UHGV virus genome: UHGV-1370040
DNA length: 40,711 nucleotides
Source of the DNA: a virus
Strand: one strand, 5' to 3'
Shown here piece by piece: positions 18,251 to 27,379 of the stretch; position 1 is the stretch's first letter; every line of letters begins with the position of its first letter. Both the position numbers and the translations under genes were made by a program. Under the pieces are notes generated by a model. That model did not search any database, had not been told where the DNA came from, and saw nothing but the letters and a program-made list of their open reading frames with translations.

Positions 18251-18583
18251 ATGTATTATCCAACTACAGAATTTGATCAGTATGGTGCTCGTCAATTACC
18301 TAAAGAAGATGTATCAGAAGAGATAGACGAAACAGCAGATTACGACAAGGATAGTATGGGAGAAACTATCGCCCAAGAAGATGGTGTATTTGAAATCTTG
18401 TATACAGTGACTACTGTCATGAGTAATAGATGTCTCAAAATTAAAACAGAGAAAGCGATTGTTACTCAACAAGATATTGTAGATTTTATTTTAGAAATAG
18501 GTGAAGAAAAAATAACATCTATAAAATTTGTAGGATTAGGAGAAAAGTATTTAGAAATTGGAGGAAATTATAATGGGGAATGA
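18251..18583 (+). CDS. hypothetical early protein
   Basis: ORF with RBS AGAGGAGG. Confidence 0.5.
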   Translation: MYYPTTEFDQYGARQLPKEDVSEEIDETADYDKDSMGETIAQEDGVFEILYTVTTVMSNRCLKIKTEKAIVTQQDIVDFILEIGEEKITSIKFVGLGEKYLEIGGNYNGE

Positions 18584-19496
18584 ATTAATAGTAAGCGTTC
18601 AAAATAGAATTCAGGAAATGCAACATGGTGAAGGATTGAGATTACCCACAGGGTATTCGGTAGGAAATGCTCTAAACTCAGCATATCTAATTCTTAGCGA
18701 TAATTCTAAAGGAAAATCATTATTGGAAAAATGTCACCCTACATCAGTGTCAAAAGCTTTACTAAATATGGCAATACAAGGACTTAGCCCAGCAAAGAAT
18801 CAATGCTACTTTGTTCCCTACGGTGATCAATGTACATTGATGAGATCATACTTCGGATCAGTAAGCATATTGGAACGACTTTCTAATGTAAAAAAAGTAC
18901 ATGCTGAAGTAATTTTCGAAGGAGATGAATTTGAGATAGGATCAGAGGATGGTAGAACCGTCGTTACAAACTTCAAACCTAGTTTTCTGAACAGAGATAA
19001 CCCAATTATTGGTGCATTTGCTTGGGTAGAACAAACAGACGGAATCAAAGTTTACACAATCATGACAAAAAAAGAAATAGATAAATCATGGAGTAAAGCT
19101 AAAACAAAAAATGTGCAAAATGATTATCCGCAAGAGATGGCCAAACGCACAGTTTTATCAAGAGCAGCAAAAATGTTTATCAATTCAAGTAGTGACAATG
19201 ATTTACTCGTAAAGGCTATTAATGAAACAACAGAAGATGAATACGATAATAATCAACAACGCAAAGATATTACACCTAATCCACCAAATATTGAAAAGCT
19301 TGAGAAATCAATTTTTAATCAAGATGAAAATAAAAAAATTGCTCAAGATATGATTGATTCCATTGATTTAAATCAAGCTGACAAAGATCTACAAGAAGAG
19401 CTAAATATTGAATTTCCTGATCCTAGCAAAAACTATTTAGCTACTGGGGAGGTAAATGGAGATGTTGAAAACGAAGACGGCCCTTACCCTTTCTGA
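18573..19496 (+). CDS. recT: RecT-family single-strand annealing protein
   Basis: Blockwise similarity to E. coli RecT: VIFEGDEFEIG ~ VVREGDEFSFE; MTKKEIDKSW ~ MTRKQIELV; PQEMAKRTVLSRAAKMF ~ WEEMAKKTAIRRLFKYL. Followed by a nuclease gene. Confidence 0.85.
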   Translation: MGNELIVSVQNRIQEMQHGEGLRLPTGYSVGNALNSAYLILSDNSKGKSLLEKCHPTSVSKALLNMAIQGLSPAKNQCYFVPYGDQCTLMRSYFGSVSILERLSNVKKVHAEVIFEGDEFEIGSEDGRTVVTNFKPSFLNRDNPIIGAFAWVEQTDGIKVYTIMTKKEIDKSWSKAKTKNVQNDYPQEMAKRTVLSRAAKMFINSSSDNDLLVKAINETTEDEYDNNQQRKDITPNPPNIEKLEKSIFNQDENKKIAQDMIDSIDLNQADKDLQEELNIEFPDPSKNYLATGEVNGDVENEDGPYPF

Positions 19497-20274
19497 TAAA
19501 AATTATTATTCAACTGAAGCTGACTGGCATTATATGTCGGTCAGCCAATATAAAAATTTTAATGAATGCGAAGCAGCCACAATGGCTAGATTAAAAAAAA
19601 GTTGGTTACCCTGTTCAGATCCAAAAGCATTGCTTGTTGGTAATTATGTTCATTCTTACTTTGAATCATCAAAAATTCATGATCTATTCAAAAAGGAAAA
19701 CAAAGACAAAATGTATTCTAGTAGAAAACCATATGGGCTTCTAAAAGATTTCCAAATAGCTGAACAAATGATTCAACGACTAAAAGAAGAACCTGCTTTT
19801 ATAAATTTATATAAAGGGGAAAAAGAAGTAATTGTTACAGGGCAAATTGAAAATGTAGATTGGAAAGGGAAAATCGATTGTCTAAATTTAGAGGATGGTT
19901 ATTTTGTTGATATAAAAACAACAAAAGATATTCATGAACGTAAATGGAATGATAGCTACGCAGAGCGTTGTACATTCATTGAAAACTATGGGTATGTACT
20001 TCAAATGGCAGTTTATAAAGAATTACTTAGTCAAAAGTATAATAGGGAATTTGTACCAATTATAGCCGCTGTTTCAAAGCAGACTCCTTCTGAAGTAAAG
20101 CTAATTACCCTAGATGAAGACAAGATGCATTTTGAAATGATCCAATTAAAAGAAAATATTGAACATATTATTAAAGTAAAAAATGGCGAAGAAAAACCAA
20201 CGCTGTGTGGTAGGTGTGAATATTGCAGAGGGCAACAACGAATTACTCACTTTACTAATATGAATGATTTATAG
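19456..20274 (+). CDS. PD-(D/E)XK family nuclease (RecB/Cas4-like) with a C-terminal Cys cluster; exonuclease partner of RecT
   Basis: GKIDCLNLEDGYFVDIKTTKD is a D...E.K motif. C-terminus CGRCEYCRG. Paired with RecT upstream. Confidence 0.65.
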   Translation: MEMLKTKTALTLSDKNYYSTEADWHYMSVSQYKNFNECEAATMARLKKSWLPCSDPKALLVGNYVHSYFESSKIHDLFKKENKDKMYSSRKPYGLLKDFQIAEQMIQRLKEEPAFINLYKGEKEVIVTGQIENVDWKGKIDCLNLEDGYFVDIKTTKDIHERKWNDSYAERCTFIENYGYVLQMAVYKELLSQKYNREFVPIIAAVSKQTPSEVKLITLDEDKMHFEMIQLKENIEHIIKVKNGEEKPTLCGRCEYCRGQQRITHFTNMNDL

Positions 20275-20287
20275 GAGGGAGGCAGAT

Positions 20288-21139
20288 ATGGCAAGACCTT
20301 TAAAACAAGGAATTGACTACTTTCCGCTTTCTGTAGATTTTTTAAGAGATATAAAGGTTCGTAAAATCAAACGTGCGTGTGGACCTTACACTGTCGAAAT
20401 ACTACTTTGCCTGCTGGGTAATATTTATCGGGAAACTGGTTATTACATCGGGTGGGATGAAGATACGATGTTCTTAGTTGCTGACGAAGTTGGGGCGAAA
20501 GAGGGTCTAGTTGAAGAGACGGTAAATAAGGCCGTTCAAGTTGGATTTTTTAATCAAGAGAAGTTCAATGAGTATAGAATTTTGACTTCTAACGGAATAC
20601 AAAAAAGATATCTCGAAGCCACTAAAAAAAGGAAAGAAGTAGTTATTTCCGACATTTACTTAGTTAATGACACCATAAAGGAGGAAGAAACCCTAGTTAA
20701 TGGCGTCGATAATGAACAAAGTAAAGTAAATAAAAGTAAAGTAGATAAAAGTAAAGTAAATAAAAACAATAAAGAAAAACCTGCCGTTCAGTTGTCGTCT
20801 GAAAAGGATTTTTTGGAGAATCCTTTAGGAGACAAAAAAACAGCGGAGCTAATCGCTTATTATTCAAAAAATGTTAGTCTTGCTACTCCTGTAAATATGA
20901 CAAATCTAGCATATGATTTGAAAGACTTTAATGGCGATCTGGATTTACTAAAAGAAGCGATAAACATTTGTTCAAACAATGTAAAAACATATGCTTATTT
21001 TGCTGGAATATTAAAACAGTGGCGAGCTAACGGAATTAATACTCATGCAGATTTTTTGAAGAAAGTAAATAAAAAATCAAAGCAAAAAAATAAACGAGAT
21101 AGCGAACCACCGCTAAATGATTATTCAGGATTGTTTTAA
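20288..21139 (+). CDS. replisome organiser (phage replication initiation N-terminal domain plus DnaD-like C-terminal domain); contains three 15-bp iterons
   Basis: N-terminus MARPLKQGIDYFPLSVDFL...ETGYYIGWDE. C-terminal DnaD-like YFAGILKQWRANGINT. Internal tandem repeat SKVNK/SKVDK/SKVNK. Confidence 0.75.
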   Translation: MARPLKQGIDYFPLSVDFLRDIKVRKIKRACGPYTVEILLCLLGNIYRETGYYIGWDEDTMFLVADEVGAKEGLVEETVNKAVQVGFFNQEKFNEYRILTSNGIQKRYLEATKKRKEVVISDIYLVNDTIKEEETLVNGVDNEQSKVNKSKVDKSKVNKNNKEKPAVQLSSEKDFLENPLGDKKTAELIAYYSKNVSLATPVNMTNLAYDLKDFNGDLDLLKEAINICSNNVKTYAYFAGILKQWRANGINTHADFLKKVNKKSKQKNKRDSEPPLNDYSGLF

Positions 21140-21152
21140 GGAGGAATAGCTA

Positions 21153-22022
21153 ATGATGAATACTAAAGTTGCATTAAAGCAATTAATGGCTACACATTTT
21201 ATTACAGTTGATGTCTCTTGTCCTGAATGCGGAGGAGCAATGACAGCATGGAAAGAACCAACTCCAGATACTCCACCAAGATGTCCTCCCGTATGTATGG
21301 AATGTGGCTATCGTTCAGTGAAGAAAAAAGAAGCAACCACTGCTAAGAACCTTTATGAATCTAGTCTGATAAAAAAGGCAAAAGACTATTTTTTAAACGG
21401 CTCTGTATTAACGGATAGAAAATCGCTGCATAAAAAAATTGGTAATTATTACCCAAGCAACCAAGAATCAACCAAAGCTAAAAACATTAGTATGAAATTT
21501 TGCGAAAAAACACTGTTGGGAGAAATACACCATCTGATTTTAACAGGAGGAGTTGGAGTTGGAAAATCACATCTAGCAATTGGATGTCTCAACGAAATAC
21601 TTGTTAAAAGTAATTATTCTAAGAAGGTACTATTTGTCAGCTATCGAGAGCTTTTAGAACAGTTAAAATTTGCGATGAATGACGAAGAGGCACGAAAAGC
21701 AATTACTGGTGTAGCAATGTCTGAAATCAAAGCAGCAGACGTCGTAGTTCTAGATGATATAGGGGCTGAACTAGGCGACTTTAATAAAAGAGATGAAAAA
21801 GGCAACCTGATTCTTAGTAGAGCATCAAACTTTGATATTGATACGCTGACAGGAATATTGGAAAGTCGCATAGATAAGCCAACAATTATCACCTCTAACC
21901 TAAAATCAAAAGAAATTCAATATTGTTACGGCGAAAGAATAGTCTCAAGAATGGCTACCCATTCAAATGGATTTATGCATAGGTTTACAAATACAAAAGA
22001 TTATCGATTGAAAACAGCGTAG
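21153..22022 (+). CDS. DnaC/IstB-like AAA+ helicase loader with an N-terminal zinc-finger
   Basis: Walker A GGVGVGKSHLAIG. Walker B VVVLDDIGAE. N-terminal CPECGG...CPPVCMECG. Confidence 0.8.
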   Translation: MMNTKVALKQLMATHFITVDVSCPECGGAMTAWKEPTPDTPPRCPPVCMECGYRSVKKKEATTAKNLYESSLIKKAKDYFLNGSVLTDRKSLHKKIGNYYPSNQESTKAKNISMKFCEKTLLGEIHHLILTGGVGVGKSHLAIGCLNEILVKSNYSKKVLFVSYRELLEQLKFAMNDEEARKAITGVAMSEIKAADVVVLDDIGAELGDFNKRDEKGNLILSRASNFDIDTLTGILESRIDKPTIITSNLKSKEIQYCYGERIVSRMATHSNGFMHRFTNTKDYRLKTA

Positions 22023-22030
22023 GGGATCAC

Positions 22031-22456
22031 ATGAAAATTACAATACCAATGACACCAAAACCACAAAGCAGACCAAGGTTTGCTAGACGTGGAAGATATG
22101 TACAAACCTATGAAGATAGCACCATGAAGACGTATAAACAACAAGTAAAAACCTATCTTAGAAGAGCAAAACCTAAATTGATAGAGAAAGGGCCAATCAT
22201 GGCACACGTGACGTTTTATGTACAAGCGCCTAAGTCAGCCCTAAGTAATAAACAGAAGCGGTTAGACGTAAAATTAGAGCGCAAATACTGCGATAAAAAG
22301 CCAGATTTAGACAACTATTTCAAAGCAGTCACGGATGCTGCAGAAGGTATTCTTTACAAAAATGATGGGCAAATTGCTGTGATAGTTTGTCAAAAACTAT
22401 ACAGCTTAAGACCTAGAACAGAACTCGAAATAATGAAATTGGAGGTTGATTTATGA
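22031..22456 (+). CDS. rusA: RusA-family Holliday junction resolvase
   Basis: MKITIPMTPKPQSRPRF..RGR is the RusA N-terminal signature. About 140 aa. Position after the replication genes. Confidence 0.75.
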   Translation: MKITIPMTPKPQSRPRFARRGRYVQTYEDSTMKTYKQQVKTYLRRAKPKLIEKGPIMAHVTFYVQAPKSALSNKQKRLDVKLERKYCDKKPDLDNYFKAVTDAAEGILYKNDGQIAVIVCQKLYSLRPRTELEIMKLEVDL

Positions 22457-22785
22457 AAGCGCAAATGGAATCTTGGCAAGATATACAAGAGTATGTAAAG
22501 AACAACAAGAAAAAACATAAACGTAGAATGGCTAACGATGCAATGAAAAACGTCAACGAGTTAGGATTTCCTTTTGCCTATTTCGAACACACATACCAAT
22601 TTGCTATCAAAACACCAATTGGTATGGTGGACTATTTTGGAACAACTGGCACATGGGTTGTGCGTATGAATCAAGATCGTGGTAGAGGGCTAAAAAAATT
22701 AAAGAAGTATTTGGAACATCCAGTTCCGACAAAAGAAATAAAAAAAACAAAGAGTAATCAGTCATGGATGACGAAAAGCAACTAG
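22453..22785 (+). CDS. hypothetical protein
   Basis: ORF overlapping the rusA stop. Confidence 0.45.
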   Translation: MKAQMESWQDIQEYVKNNKKKHKRRMANDAMKNVNELGFPFAYFEHTYQFAIKTPIGMVDYFGTTGTWVVRMNQDRGRGLKKLKKYLEHPVPTKEIKKTKSNQSWMTKSN

Positions 22786-22890
22786 GAGGAGTTCATTTGG
22801 GTAAAAAAGGTTCAAAGATTAAAAAGAAAAAACGCCGACTTAAAGAAAAAGCTATCGCAAACGGCACATACAGTAAGCGAGGTAAAAACG

Positions 22891-22986
22891 ATGACGTGCA
22901 TAAAATGCAAGGGACAGATGCTTGTCTGGGAAAAAGATAGATTCGGTCATGCGAAAGCAATGCCTTGTCCGTTATGCAACAAATGA
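22891..22986 (+). CDS. 31-aa zinc-ribbon mini-protein (CxxC...CxxC)
   Basis: MTCIKCKGQMLVWEKDRFGHAKAMPCPLCNK. RBS GAGGT 7 nt upstream. Overlaps an alternative 47-aa basic ORF (22797-22940, TTG start after AGGAGGAG) in another frame. Confidence 0.35.
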   Translation: MTCIKCKGQMLVWEKDRFGHAKAMPCPLCNK

Positions 22987-23032
22987 GGACAGAATGTTGC
23001 GAAAAAGTTAGCTGAGATTAGGAGGTTGAATA

Positions 23033-23425
23033 ATGATTCTAAAATTTAGAGCGTGGGATAAAAACACCAATGACATGGTGCACGTTAAAACAATTGACTT
23101 AGAAAAAGACGGAAGCATTGGCTGCATAGTAGATTATAACGGCATCGATTTAGATATGACTGAATGTGTCATCATGCAATCAACAGGCGTAAAAGACAAG
23201 AACGGCGTTGAAATTTTTGATGGTGATATTGTTTCAGTAAGAAATCATCCATTTCAGAAAACTGAAAGTAGCGTTGGTATTGAAATAGATGGTGATTATA
23301 AAGTGTCTTGGAACGAATATGATCTAACTTGGTGCGCTGGAAATCTTTTGTTAGCAAGAATAAAGCCTTATGTAGCTGTTATCGGAAATATTCACGAAAA
23401 TCCAGAATTATTGGAGGTCAAATAA
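23033..23425 (+). CDS. YopX-family phage protein
   Basis: MILKFRAWDK...MQSTGVKDKNGVEIFDGDIV...IGNIHENPELLE matches the YopX family pattern. Confidence 0.8.
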   Translation: MILKFRAWDKNTNDMVHVKTIDLEKDGSIGCIVDYNGIDLDMTECVIMQSTGVKDKNGVEIFDGDIVSVRNHPFQKTESSVGIEIDGDYKVSWNEYDLTWCAGNLLLARIKPYVAVIGNIHENPELLEVK

Positions 23426-23734
23426 ATGGCCATTAAAGGTAAAAGCAAGTTTGACTTTGAAGTGTTTAATGGAGATTTCAATAATTGGATGGGCTTCAAT
23501 AAACAAAAATATACCAAGGAACAAGCAATAGATGAATGGCGGTCAGAACTAATGCTTGACGAAAATACACCTTACATTGTTGAAGATGCATTTGTTAGAT
23601 ATCGTTTCGGAGTAGACGAAGACAATGAGAACCGTAGTTGCTGGTGGTTAGAATGGCGAGATTGTGGTCATAGGTCTGTGCCTGTTTGGTCCATTAGAAC
23701 GCCTTTTCCGTGGGAATTGGAGGGAACAGAATGA
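23426..23734 (+). CDS. hypothetical early protein
   Basis: ORF, translationally coupled. Confidence 0.45.
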   Translation: MAIKGKSKFDFEVFNGDFNNWMGFNKQKYTKEQAIDEWRSELMLDENTPYIVEDAFVRYRFGVDEDNENRSCWWLEWRDCGHRSVPVWSIRTPFPWELEGTE

Positions 23735-24090
23735 GTACAGGTAGATTAGTAATTAATGGCAAAACGTGGGGCGAATTTGAGTCAGCTAAACGTATTAAAA
23801 GCCATATTGTCATAAGTGGCTATGAATCGTATGGTGGATGTCACACTGTTAGAGGAATCAAACAACCAGAACTCAACGAAAATCAGCAGGTTGTGCTTGA
23901 TTGGTTGAAAGATCGATTTAATGAAACTAAAATTAAAGCATCTTGTACAGGTTACCTTTGGAAATTACATCAAAGTTATATCGATGATGAAGCTGATGAA
24001 GCAGGTATAGCTTATGAAGAACTAAGTTATGAAGAAGAATCCGAAATGGTACGAGTATTTGCAGAATGGTTTGAACAGGAGAGAAAATAA
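23731..24090 (+). CDS. hypothetical early protein (start at ATG 23731 after GGAGGGAAC)
   Basis: ORF. Confidence 0.45.
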   Translation: MSTGRLVINGKTWGEFESAKRIKSHIVISGYESYGGCHTVRGIKQPELNENQQVVLDWLKDRFNETKIKASCTGYLWKLHQSYIDDEADEAGIAYEELSYEEESEMVRVFAEWFEQERK

Positions 24091-24357
24091 ATGGTTTATG
24101 AAAAATTGCGCTTGGTAACAGCGTTACTGAGTGGAGATATTTATCTTGGTAAAGCACAAGATGGCTTGATGGACGTAAACTATCGTCGAGTAATTACAGA
24201 TGAGGCTATTCAAGCAGTGACAGACTGGTTTTTTGTAAATAAAGGAAAGACAGTCCGATTTAAAGGTATTGATGGAAAAGAGCATAGTTTATTTTATACA
24301 TCTGATAAAGAAAAAGCGAAAAAAATTCTGGCTATTTTAGAGGAGGAACAACAATGA
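24091..24357 (+). CDS. hypothetical early protein
   Basis: ORF. Confidence 0.45.
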   Translation: MVYEKLRLVTALLSGDIYLGKAQDGLMDVNYRRVITDEAIQAVTDWFFVNKGKTVRFKGIDGKEHSLFYTSDKEKAKKILAILEEEQQ

Positions 24358-24695
24358 AAAACTATGATCCAAACATCCGATGGGGCATTCATACAGTCAA
24401 GGTAAGTTTCCAACAATGGGACTATAAAGGCTATTTAACTTTTATAAAAAGTGGTAACTGCAAAGGTTTAGACATATTAGATATAGATGCTGACGATTTA
24501 TATGATATAAAATTTAAAGAAAATCCAGTTAATTTTAGATTACTTGGAACAGATGATGATGGCGAAGAATGGTTTGCAATGACTTTGAAAAATGATAAAG
24601 ACGATGAATTGTTAGTTGAAAATCAGTGGGAATGTTCGAAAGATTATATCGTAGGTATTGAGATTGTTGATTTTGTAGGGGAGGAAGCAAAATGA
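24354..24695 (+). CDS. hypothetical acidic early protein
   Basis: ORF, D/E-rich. Confidence 0.45.
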   Translation: MKNYDPNIRWGIHTVKVSFQQWDYKGYLTFIKSGNCKGLDILDIDADDLYDIKFKENPVNFRLLGTDDDGEEWFAMTLKNDKDDELLVENQWECSKDYIVGIEIVDFVGEEAK

Positions 24696-25015
24696 AACTA
24701 TATAGATATGAAAGTTCAAAAAATACTGGACATTGGACAGAAAGCATAATTCAAGCAAATAAAGAATTCGAAGAGGAAAAAGACTATCTAATGTCAAATG
24801 AGCCAGAGGAAGATGAAACAGTTAAATTAGTTTCAATTGAGATACCATATGACTTGATAGATGAACTAGAAGATGAATCTAAAGAAGTGAAACAGGCTAT
24901 ATTAATAAATGATCCAGATCGTTCAGACGAAAATCCAAGAGAAGATGGCTATGACTTTGATTATTATGCTGCTTGGTCCGATGATATAGCGAAACGTAAG
25001 GTGGTATCGGAATGA
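24692..25015 (+). CDS. hypothetical highly acidic early protein (DNA-mimic candidate)
   Basis: 107 aa with very high D+E content (EEEKDYLMSNEPEEDE...DELEDESKE...DPDRSDENPREDGYDFDYY). Confidence 0.45.
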   Translation: MKLYRYESSKNTGHWTESIIQANKEFEEEKDYLMSNEPEEDETVKLVSIEIPYDLIDELEDESKEVKQAILINDPDRSDENPREDGYDFDYYAAWSDDIAKRKVVSE

Positions 25016-25227
25016 GTATGAGCATTCAACCAGGAGTCAAAGTAAAGTATACCGGTAAAGGAGTTCCGCAATACACAAACCAATTTTTGGTAGTAAAAGC
25101 AGTATTAGTGAATGGGCTGATTCTTGAATTTTCTGAAGAAGATAAAAGAGAGGTTGTACTGGAAGATTGTGGAATTTGGAAGGAAGAATCGTTAATCTGT
25201 GGATTTGATGAAGTGGAGGAACAGTGA
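25012..25227 (+). CDS. hypothetical early protein
   Basis: ORF. Confidence 0.4.
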   Translation: MSMSIQPGVKVKYTGKGVPQYTNQFLVVKAVLVNGLILEFSEEDKREVVLEDCGIWKEESLICGFDEVEEQ

Positions 25228-25733
25228 TGAATAAACAAGAATTGATTGAAGAATTAGAATGCTTAGAAGTTCCTACAGATAGTTATAGTTATTTGAGAGG
25301 CGCTAACTATGCTGTCGAAAAAGCAATTAGCTTAGCAAAACGACTAGACGAACCGAAAAAAGCTATATTACCTAAAACTGCTGATGATTTTATTGAAGAA
25401 AGTTTAGGAATGGGTTCTGATAAAGTTGATATTATCAGTTCCGCAGATTCTTTCTTAAGAACAATGCCCGATGATGAATTTTCTTTGTGGTTTAAGTCGA
25501 ACAGAGATTTATTTGTTAATGCATTAGCTAACGGTTACGAAGTCGAGAAGGAACCATTATATCATGTTTTATTACCAGACAAAGGGGCGACTAACACAGG
25601 ATATACTTTTTTAAATTTAACGGGAACAATTGATTTTACGATATGTAAGGAAAAGGTGGATATGTTAACAGAAAATCAAATCAAAGCAATTGATGAGCGC
25701 TATTGGGCTTTTGCTGTGAAGGTGGAGGGATAA
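25224..25733 (+). CDS. hypothetical early protein (169 aa)
   Basis: ORF. Confidence 0.45.
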   Translation: MMNKQELIEELECLEVPTDSYSYLRGANYAVEKAISLAKRLDEPKKAILPKTADDFIEESLGMGSDKVDIISSADSFLRTMPDDEFSLWFKSNRDLFVNALANGYEVEKEPLYHVLLPDKGATNTGYTFLNLTGTIDFTICKEKVDMLTENQIKAIDERYWAFAVKVEG

Positions 25734-25736
25734 TAA

Positions 25737-25937
25737 ATGGAAAAATCAAAAAGTTTGATCATATGGCTACCGACTGGTGAAACAATGAAGTTTGAAGATG
25801 TTAGGCATGTTGAAACAGTTACAACTGATTTAGAATGGGATGTTTTAAAATTTAATTATCTAGATGTTTCAACTGGAGTAAGACGAAATGTAGTATTTGA
25901 AATGAGTAAATTAATGGGATGGGCATTGGAAGAATAA
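25737..25937 (+). CDS. hypothetical early protein
   Basis: ORF. Confidence 0.4.
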   Translation: MEKSKSLIIWLPTGETMKFEDVRHVETVTTDLEWDVLKFNYLDVSTGVRRNVVFEMSKLMGWALEE

Positions 25938-25940
25938 TAA

Positions 25941-26141
25941 ATGATCAAATTTAAAGAATTCAATACTCAACCTTACGATGTTCACATTACTAGATTTTTT
26001 GAAGATTTAAACAGAAACAACCCAGATGATGTTTTTGAATATGTTGACTTGAAATGCGTTGATAGAAACTTAGTGATATTAGTTTACCGTCAAACTAATA
26101 GAAGCATACGTCAGCTCAGAAATGTACTTAAGGGAGGATAA
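25941..26141 (+). CDS. hypothetical early protein
   Basis: ORF. Confidence 0.4.
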   Translation: MIKFKEFNTQPYDVHITRFFEDLNRNNPDDVFEYVDLKCVDRNLVILVYRQTNRSIRQLRNVLKGG

Positions 26142-26144
26142 GCA

Positions 26145-26348
26145 ATGCTAAGTTATCCAGAAGTTTATATTTTAGGGCGACAAGTCGATGGCGTTTATGT
26201 TGAATACCTGCGCGGATCAGAGCAAGCCGATTTATTTTTCGATTATGCGATAGCTTGTGATGAAAGAAATCATATGAATAAAACCAATACAAAAGATGGC
26301 GAATGGAGAATTTTAAAATACGGGAGGCCAATTACATTGGAGTTTTAA
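26145..26348 (+). CDS. hypothetical early protein
   Basis: ORF. Confidence 0.4.
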   Translation: MLSYPEVYILGRQVDGVYVEYLRGSEQADLFFDYAIACDERNHMNKTNTKDGEWRILKYGRPITLEF

Positions 26349-26737
26349 CTTATTGCAATTTTTTTACAATAACTAGCCGATTTTTTGCAAACAAAAAGCC
26401 AGCCGACCAATGGCTGACTAATGTGGTAGTTAGCACTTTTCCCAAGTAAAGTGCTAATAGTGCCAACAAATAAGGTTGACATTGTGTCTCTGGTGGAGAC
26501 AGGAACTATCGATAACTGTTTTCCGCCAGTTATCATAGAAAAGGAGAAATTTATTTCAGAAATAAAATCCCCAAGAAAGTTAATATGATTATATCATGAG
26601 TAAATGTATTTGAAAATACTATCTCATAGTACGTATTGTAAAAAGTTTATTTAGTAGAAAATAAAAAAAGCCAGATTGCTCCGGCTGTGAGAAATATTTT
26701 CGACATAGTTATTATACCACAAAAGGAGCGATTTCAC

Positions 26738-27154
26738 TTGATTAAATTGCTAAAAGAAGTAGATTTTCGACAAACAAAAGCGAATGCTAGAAATGTGTTG
26801 AAGAATTTTAGACGTTTAGAGCGAATAGCTGGTCGCTCTTTGATAGATTTAAAATCACCAATTATTACAGATATGCCTAAAAGCCAAAGTCATGGGAACA
26901 AAGCAGAAGATGCGCTAGTACAATTAGCAGATGCAGAAGCAGAAAGAGACGCAATTTTATCTGCGCTTATGGCATTAAGCCTAACTAGCAGACAAATTTT
27001 GCATTATAGTTTCTGTGTGCAGGATCATTACTCTAATTACAAGATTGCTAGAGAAGTCGGCTATTCCGAAAGAAGTATTCAACGCATGAAATCAGAAGCT
27101 TTGATTGAATTTGCTGAAGCTTATCGAAATGGAAAAATAATTGCCTATAAATAA
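26738..27154 (+). CDS. arpU: ArpU/RinA-family late transcriptional activator; TTG start at 26738 after AAAAGGAG (the ORF track starts earlier at 26687)
   Basis: LKNFRRLERIAGRSLIDLKSP......SLTSRQILHYSFCV...IAREVGYSERSIQRMKSEALIEFAEA has a sigma region-4-like C-terminus. About 138 aa. Located upstream of terS. Confidence 0.75.
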   Translation: MIKLLKEVDFRQTKANARNVLKNFRRLERIAGRSLIDLKSPIITDMPKSQSHGNKAEDALVQLADAEAERDAILSALMALSLTSRQILHYSFCVQDHYSNYKIAREVGYSERSIQRMKSEALIEFAEAYRNGKIIAYK

Positions 27155-27379
27155 AATTTTGGCGGTTTTTTGGCGGAAAGTTGGCGGTTTTTATACGAAT
27201 TTGAGTGCTAATATAGTAATATCGAAAGTCAAAGAAATGGACACATTACACACTTTCTCGTTTAGTCACCGTTCACTTTGACTTTCGATGGTCACTTGCA
27301 GACTATACGTTCTCAAAAAACAAAAAGTGAGGTGAAATCCCTCCCTTATTTTTCTACAGGTTTGCAAGGGATAACACTC

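Noticed and set aside
20720-20764. 15-bp tandem repeats as a possible CRISPR array
   Set aside because: The repeats are directly adjacent with no spacers and are in frame within a coding sequence. They are iterons or codon repeats, not CRISPR. No CRISPR array is present in the window.
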